Part shown: positions 58,352 through 64,000 of the stretch, one piece after another | Numbering within the stretch: the first letter of the stretch is position 1 | How the letters are laid out: every line of letters begins with the position of its first letter | Source: Fibrobacteria bacterium | GTDB taxonomy: Bacteria > Fibrobacterota > Chitinivibrionia > Chitinivibrionales > FEN-1185 | DNA length: 64,000 bases | Direction: 5' to 3' | Assembly (NCBI GenBank): GCA_037447435.1 | Contig: JBBIGR010000012.1 | Span: 1 to 64,000, forward strand | The notes under the pieces: generated by a model | Seen by the model: only the letters and a program-made list of their open reading frames with translations | The model's database searches: none | Told to the model about the DNA's origin: nothing | Made by a program: the position numbers and the translations under genes

Positions 58352-60046
58352 TTAAAGCAAGGGAATCGTCTTATAGGTAGCAATTTTATTTCCAATTTTA
58401 ATGCGCATTATGACTGATCCGGAAGAAATTCCATTGGTCCGCGGTGACCAACGGACGGTACCTGATCCGCCGAAATCGGACCTGTGCAAAACGCCGAGGC
58501 ATTTTCCGGATATTGAAAACATTGTCAATTCAATCGGTTCGTTTCCATCTATAGTATTATAATGCAAAGTAATTATAATACATTTATTAACATATGTCCA
58601 CGTAACCGGATCAACCGCCTCGAAATTTCCGATTAATGATTTCCCTGAATTTATAGTATTGACACGATAGACATTATAATTAGGATCGTACAGCCCGGTT
58701 GCCGGAATGCTTACCATATCCGACGTATCGGCAAACACATCTTCTTCGTTGCAAACCGGCACTCCGGTATTCTCATAAAATGCCGCCAACTGATTCGGCA
58801 ATACATCATCTTCAAGCGCGAGCAAAGCAAATGTGGTGTCGACAAAACCAAATGTCGCAGCCAAAGACTTTGGCAGTTTCTGTTCAAGCGATATAATGGT
58901 TTGCGATCCGGCAATAAGCTTGGAAGTTACGGCAGAATTCAATGATGCGGATATATTTGGAACCTCAATTAACTTATAAATCATTTCACCGTTTACATAA
59001 GCACTCCATATGACCTTCGGCACAATTGGAGTTACGGTATATATATTCAGCGACCTGCCCCAGTCTATATTGGAGCTCAGTTGGGCAACATCGTTGAAAC
59101 TCATCGAAACTCCGGTACTACAAGCAGATGTTCCGTTTCCGATTGATGCAAAAATGTTAAGAGTTCCAGCTTTTTTTCCTGCGCCGAGTGTTGCTATATA
59201 CGCTTTAAGGGAATCAAGGAATTGTGATACGGCGAAATTACTCACCTTTACCAATTCTCCCGGCATGAGAACATTATCAATATTGGAAACTTCCATTGTT
59301 GTTTTTTTAGAAAGAGAATCTGTTGGAAATTGCGGTATAATAGTATTGGGTGTTCCGGAAACAGAATAAGAATAGGCTAGGACATTTTTAAATTGGACGG
59401 AATCGGTACAGGTTACGGAGGTTCCTGCGGAATTGGTGATTTTAAAGCCACTCAAACCTTCTCCTTTTTTAACCGTTACAACACCATCACTTGTAAAAGC
59501 ATACGGAAATCCCGCCTGCATGCTCCCGTTAGCCAAAGTCATGGGTACAAGATATCGAAACCGTAATCTCCTTGTTCCCTGAAAAATTACCGGAAAAATT
59601 GAAATATCGTAATTATCGTTTCCGCGATATTCTAAAATGACAGGATCCCGTGGCCGGGGCGGCACAACAGCATTTCTGTCTACAACTTGTTCATATTGCT
59701 GACGAGCGATTTCTTTCCGTTTAAGCTTAGCCTTAAGCATTTTGTCTTTATACCAAAGAATCATGCCAACGACAACAGAACCTTGATTCAAGTTTAGGTT
59801 CCCCACAATTTCCAATGAGCTGTCATATTGGGCAGGTTTAACACCATCTGCTTTAAAAATCCATTCCAAATCCACATCAAGGTAATCCCGTTGTACCGTC
59901 ACTTTCATATCTTCTTTAATTATTGTTGCAGTCCCGGTCCACGTTGCACCTTGCGTTGCTTGACTGCGAAAAATTCCATGCTGAAAACCGATAGCAAATG
60001 TTGCGGATACAAATAACAGCACAAAAACAGACGTGGAACGGATCAT
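58352..60046 (-). CDS. Secreted VIT-domain-like protein with C-terminal sorting-like domain
   Basis: Signal peptide; LE....L..GSVV.GM.LW....A.L..K..ARQQYE.VV..RDP..LE....IFPV (VIT-like); C-terminal MFSISGK..V.W. Confidence 0.7.
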   Translation of the reverse strand: MIRSTSVFVLLFVSATFAIGFQHGIFRSQATQGATWTGTATIIKEDMKVTVQRDYLDVDLEWIFKADGVKPAQYDSSLEIVGNLNLNQGSVVVGMILWYKDKMLKAKLKRKEIARQQYEQVVDRNAVVPPRPRDPVILEYRGNDNYDISIFPVIFQGTRRLRFRYLVPMTLANGSMQAGFPYAFTSDGVVTVKKGEGLSGFKITNSAGTSVTCTDSVQFKNVLAYSYSVSGTPNTIIPQFPTDSLSKKTTMEVSNIDNVLMPGELVKVSNFAVSQFLDSLKAYIATLGAGKKAGTLNIFASIGNGTSACSTGVSMSFNDVAQLSSNIDWGRSLNIYTVTPIVPKVIWSAYVNGEMIYKLIEVPNISASLNSAVTSKLIAGSQTIISLEQKLPKSLAATFGFVDTTFALLALEDDVLPNQLAAFYENTGVPVCNEEDVFADTSDMVSIPATGLYDPNYNVYRVNTINSGKSLIGNFEAVDPVTWTYVNKCIIITLHYNTIDGNEPIELTMFSISGKCLGVLHRSDFGGSGTVRWSPRTNGISSGSVIMRIKIGNKIATYKTIPLL

Positions 60047-60200
60047 ACTTACCTCCTTAAAGAAGTGAAGGGCATCATAGGGCCGATTATAAATTCGCAG
60101 GGTTTGTCTTGCTTAAATATAAAGATACGGCAAAGTATTTTGGATTGCCATTATGCGGAAAGAAAGTGTTTTCTGGTGGAAAACGCCGGTGGTTCGGGTG

Positions 60201-60482
60201 CTATGCAGGAAAAACCACTAAAAAAGCGCTATAGAGACTTAAAAAAATCATCAGCAGTTGGACAATTGAATAGACAAAAGCCCGTTTCAATCCTTTTTCC
60301 TTTTTAGAAAGAATTAATAAAATATGGCACACGATGTTTATTGACATGTGAACAAAAAACCCGACTGCTGTCCCGATGAAACAATAAAATTGCCACATCG
60401 CACGGGGAGTTGTCCAAAAAGCATAAAAAACAATACAGAACATCGCAAGCAGAATAACGTCTATAAGCAGATGTCGGCTCAT
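60201..60482 (-). CDS. Small three-TM membrane protein (candidate immunity protein)
   Basis: 93 aa with three hydrophobic segments; starts 14 bp after the preceding gene. Confidence 0.55.
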   Translation of the reverse strand: MSRHLLIDVILLAMFCIVFYAFWTTPRAMWQFYCFIGTAVGFFVHMSINIVCHILLILSKKEKGLKRAFVYSIVQLLMIFLSLYSAFLVVFPA

Positions 60483-60496
60483 TCTTTTCCGGTCGA

Positions 60497-61615
60497 TTAA
60501 TTTTTAAAAAGCCCGTCAATAGTATCGAATATTTTGTCAATAACGGAATTATCCGCTTTTGTATGCGCCGGATCAGACGGATTCGGATCCGAGGTTCCGA
60601 CAATCGTACTACCTTTATGTTTGTGGTTGTCCAACAATGCCTCGACAAATATCTTGGAGATTTCTGTTGCAATTCCAGGCACATGACGTAATATCGAAAA
60701 TATTATGTTCGAAGTCAAGGCGTGATTATCCTTTAATCGAACAGTGATATACGGCACTGCAAAAATTTCAATTTTCCCGGCAATACTTTTCATAACCGCA
60801 TCTTTATTCGTTATTGCCCCAGAAGCGTCGAATGTTGCGCTGTTCATGGATAAAAAATATCCGGCTCTGTTTTTCCAGAGGTCGGAACCGGCATCAAGAT
60901 ACGCTGTCAACGCATCGGCAAGCGACGGTTTATTCTTAAAAGCAAGATCGCATGGACCGGTAAAAGGAGGCGTTTCAGATGCGATTAAATATCCGGCCAC
61001 ATCACCTTCGAGATTTACAGAAGCGCCGTAATCATGTTCATTTGTAAAAAGAGTCTTTGCCCGCATTTTTGGGTTTGAGATTCTTTTGTACGCGAGCATT
61101 CCCGCGCCGCCGCCGATATCGCCAAGCCAAGTAGAAGTTTCAAGGCCTGTCCCCCCGGTTGGCAATGGCACGGATCTTGAGGTGAAGCTAGCACGAGCTT
61201 GAAGCCCGATTATCGTATGGCCAACATCAAGCGATCTGGAACCATCCTTTACTTCTGCACTGTTTTGTAAAGCTGCGAATAACTCCTGGCCAAGAGCGGG
61301 TCTGGGGTCGGCAGGCATCATTGAAGCGGTGAATATTTGAAATCCGTTATTTCGTGTTGTACTTTTTTCCTTTAAGAAATCCATGCTCCAGGGAGTTCCA
61401 TAATAAATGCCCCGCAACATCGAGATGCGATCGAGGATATCCGTGACACCATGATCAGTCATTTTTTGTTCGGCTACTCTAATCAAGCCAATTAACTCTT
61501 TAAAATTGCGGGCTTTTCTATAATGTGAGACTCGAATGGCGTTACCGGACAATACTTTAAATTTATCGGGTTTGGAAAATTCTATCATTACGGTTTTACG
61601 ATCGTTACCGCTCAT
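60497..61615 (-). CDS. Hypothetical protein, candidate secreted toxin
   Basis: 372-aa ORF with AAGGA RBS and no signal peptide; motifs LRGIYY, DVGH..IGL, TWLGDIG, LEGDVAG. Confidence 0.7.
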   Translation of the reverse strand: MSGNDRKTVMIEFSKPDKFKVLSGNAIRVSHYRKARNFKELIGLIRVAEQKMTDHGVTDILDRISMLRGIYYGTPWSMDFLKEKSTTRNNGFQIFTASMMPADPRPALGQELFAALQNSAEVKDGSRSLDVGHTIIGLQARASFTSRSVPLPTGGTGLETSTWLGDIGGGAGMLAYKRISNPKMRAKTLFTNEHDYGASVNLEGDVAGYLIASETPPFTGPCDLAFKNKPSLADALTAYLDAGSDLWKNRAGYFLSMNSATFDASGAITNKDAVMKSIAGKIEIFAVPYITVRLKDNHALTSNIIFSILRHVPGIATEISKIFVEALLDNHKHKGSTIVGTSDPNPSDPAHTKADNSVIDKIFDTIDGLFKN

Positions 61616-61636
61616 TGAAAGGTCCTTTATTGTAAA

Positions 61637-63640
61637 TTAAAAAACGGCAACTCCGCTGTTCCGTTTTACCAATGCCAACTTACCCAAATGAATTCTGCGT
61701 ACTTGATTCCAATTAAAACCGATAACGCCGTATTGTTGGCCGGGTATTTGTCTAAATGTCGTTGCCGTTGCCAGAGCGGGATCCGAGGCGGGGTCGGCAG
61801 AAGGCTCATCAAAATTGGTTTTCATTTTTTCGAACAGGTCATTTTCGGAAAGTGTGCCTAAAATGCCATGTCCGATATATTTATCAACCCCTGCCTCTTT
61901 GCCGATATAAATGACATTCTCTCCCGCCCACGCGCCTTTCGGATGCTTTGCTCCGTAACGCTCGTCATTTTTATAATAAAGCCAATCCCCTTTTTTCAAT
62001 TCCGAAGTATCGGCAACAGTCACTTCGTCTATCAGCGACTCTAATCGCGGGCAAGCTAAAGATTTTGATAATATCAATCCAGGATTTAAGACGGATTGCC
62101 ATTTGAAATATTCGGAAAAAACATCTTTTCCCAATGTTTCAAGAATTCCCTTTAAATACACCGCAAGAAGCGCCATATAGCATTCCAATATGCATGGCGA
62201 ATGATAAAAAATCGAATATACCGCTTTCCATGGCAACATACCTTCCCGGAGAACGCAAATCAAAGGATTTATCGTTTTCCAAAAAATCGGATCAACGGTT
62301 GTCGTACCTCCAAAATCAATTGATTTGTTTTTCATTTCCTGAACAATGCTATTTCGTACCATTAAGACATCCAGAATCGACAGCGTTTGCGGGCCAACGC
62401 TTCCCTCTTGCAATATCGGCGCCTGCGCATGATTGTATTTTTTCTGGAAATTTACAACTGCACTTCTGGTTTCTTGACCGAAATCCCTATCGGTTTTGTA
62501 AACAGGCAACACAGTAGAATCATCTTCGAGCAGGGTGTTCTGAACTTTTCCAACACCTTCGCCGGAATCCCCTTCGCGAAGATAATATGACTTATTTCCT
62601 TTAAATGCAAATTCGAGGTTTGCGCTATGAATCATATCATTTCGCAGCTGACGCCCGTTTTTTTCTCTATCAGTATTACTTTGTTCATATATAGCATCCA
62701 AATCGTCGGGCGCATTTACAATTTTATAAGCATCCGATACTTCGAGTGCGGGACTTGGATCTTGTTCGACATTAAATGCAAGCTGTACCGGGCCCGGCGG
62801 TATGTCTAGTTCCGAAATAACCCCCGAGGAATCGATTGTTCCCTGACGTTGAGACCCGTCTGCAAATTGCAAAGTGTACGGAATATTAATCTGATCGAAA
62901 TCATTAAAATTCGTAAGATCGAGATTCAGATCGTCCTTGAATTTCAAAAAGCCACTCTCTTGTTTTTCTCCGATTCTTACACCGTCTATGATTACGATAA
63001 AAAAATATTGCACGGGAACATAGTGTTTATGATGCTTTTGACGTTCTTCTTCCGTCACAATCGATTCCGCATCACCTGTGTAATCGAATTCCCAATTAAC
63101 ATCTATTTTGTCATTTTGAATTTCTACGGGAAACGAACAATACGCTTCATGATGGCCGTCGGGATCGTATTCATACACAACCACTTTTGCTTCAGTTCCG
63201 GCAAGCGGATTGACAAATTGAACAGAAAGCGTAACGACATCACCACGGCGGACCTCATTTTTATCCCAGCACATTTTTGATATCTTGATTGGAGGTCCCA
63301 CTGGTATTGTAGACAATGAATCCGTTTTTAAACCATGTTTCGGCAGCTTGGCTTCGAATCCGATTTGAGCGCCCAACTCCACCTTTTCGGGTATCGGTAA
63401 ACTCCCGATAAATTCATTATTGTAAATTTTGCCTTTTATCGTTCCCGGCGCTTTACCCTTGGAGCTGAAACCCTTTATTTCTATGGATGAGCCTTCGGCA
63501 ACCGCATAGGTAACGACTTTGACTTGTGCATCCAGGCCGCCGTGCGCGGCTGTTGACAGCCATGAAGCCTCGACAATTTCCGAATCGAGTTTGATTTTCT
63601 CTTTTTTATCGGTTGAGACTTGATATTCGCCGTCCATCAT
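61637..63640 (-). CDS. Putative T6SS cargo: N-terminal beta-rich modules, peptidoglycan-binding domain, and Tgl-like transglutaminase (NlpC/P60-like) domain
   Basis: PG_binding_1 motifs LREGDSG..V..VQ, DFG.ET..AV..FQ, G.VGPQT; Tgl motifs P.FW, LREGMLP..A..IF, LECY, YLKG, KGDWLYYKN, WAGENVIY.G, YIGHGI. Confidence 0.8.
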   Translation of the reverse strand: MMDGEYQVSTDKKEKIKLDSEIVEASWLSTAAHGGLDAQVKVVTYAVAEGSSIEIKGFSSKGKAPGTIKGKIYNNEFIGSLPIPEKVELGAQIGFEAKLPKHGLKTDSLSTIPVGPPIKISKMCWDKNEVRRGDVVTLSVQFVNPLAGTEAKVVVYEYDPDGHHEAYCSFPVEIQNDKIDVNWEFDYTGDAESIVTEEERQKHHKHYVPVQYFFIVIIDGVRIGEKQESGFLKFKDDLNLDLTNFNDFDQINIPYTLQFADGSQRQGTIDSSGVISELDIPPGPVQLAFNVEQDPSPALEVSDAYKIVNAPDDLDAIYEQSNTDREKNGRQLRNDMIHSANLEFAFKGNKSYYLREGDSGEGVGKVQNTLLEDDSTVLPVYKTDRDFGQETRSAVVNFQKKYNHAQAPILQEGSVGPQTLSILDVLMVRNSIVQEMKNKSIDFGGTTTVDPIFWKTINPLICVLREGMLPWKAVYSIFYHSPCILECYMALLAVYLKGILETLGKDVFSEYFKWQSVLNPGLILSKSLACPRLESLIDEVTVADTSELKKGDWLYYKNDERYGAKHPKGAWAGENVIYIGKEAGVDKYIGHGILGTLSENDLFEKMKTNFDEPSADPASDPALATATTFRQIPGQQYGVIGFNWNQVRRIHLGKLALVKRNSGVAVF

Positions 63641-63663
63641 GTATCCAAACTATTCTTCGTGTT

Positions 63664-64000
63664 TTAGGCTTGGGGCTTTAATAATAAAAAACTTGCGACG
63701 ATTTTATCAAAGTCGTTCGCTATGGTTTTTAATGTTTTTTTGGAAAATGTTCCGGTAATCACAAACGCCTTTGCTTCTTTGATAAAATAGAATTGTTTTT
63801 GGTATAAAACATAATTTTCCGCAGGAACATATTTGTAAACGACTTCCAACGCCTGGGTTCCGTCGGGGAGTTTTTTATCAACCTCGCCGAGCATTTCAAA
63901 ACCGGGCATAACCTGTTTGGGGCCGCTCAGTTGCGCTTGCGCGTAATCTTTTAATGTTGTTTCTTTTGAAATAAACGGGTCTATGAGCAGAACCAAATTA
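63664..64000 (-). CDS. DcrB/DUF1795 (Eag-like) family protein, 5' end outside the window
   Basis: L..YAQAQL, LYQKQFY, ITGTF, FDKIVASF (PsbP/Mog1-like fold motifs); the reading frame runs to the window edge. Confidence 0.65.
   Translation of the reverse strand, partial: NLVLLIDPFISKETTLKDYAQAQLSGPKQVMPGFEMLGEVDKKLPDGTQALEVVYKYVPAENYVLYQKQFYFIKEAKAFVITGTFSKKTLKTIANDFDKIVASFLLLKPQA

Noticed and set aside
60304..60684. 126-aa alternative minus-strand ORF
   Set aside because: Overlaps both the 372-aa and 93-aa genes, which tile the region cleanly
1..64000. CRISPR arrays, tRNA/rRNA genes, transposases and integrases
   Set aside because: No regularly spaced direct repeats, cloverleaf/T-loop signatures or recombinase motifs were recognised by eye

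Overview
Bacterial chromosomal window, moderately AT-rich. Gene content and protein style (C-terminal sorting-like domains, secreted GH2, pilMNOPQ, class III RNR) suggest an anaerobic FCB-group organism, possibly Fibrobacterota or Chitinispirillaceae-like; this taxonomy is inference only. About 1-41 kb is mostly core genes: dedA, gpmA, an S1-domain protein, galE, nrdDG with NrdR boxes, pilMNOPQ, rlmH, HDOD, radical SAM, gpgS, rplM-rpsI, rpsB-tsf-pyrH-frr, suhB, maf, rodZ, tatD, hisCB, rimO, obgE, rimI, pgsA, degP and guaB. About 41-64 kb is accessory: an orphan vgrG, a candidate structured RNA, a secreted thaumatin/PR-5-like protein, a split MFS/spermidine-synthase pair, GH2 and large surface proteins. 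At the right edge lies a putative T6SS effector cassette: a DcrB/DUF1795-like adaptor, then a protein with a peptidoglycan-binding domain fused to a Bacillus Tgl-like transglutaminase domain with intact Cys/Glu/His, then an unknown enzyme-like protein and a small membrane protein. This cassette is the best candidate for an undescribed system. No tRNA, rRNA, CRISPR array or IS element was recognised. All calls come from motif recognition by eye, not database searches.
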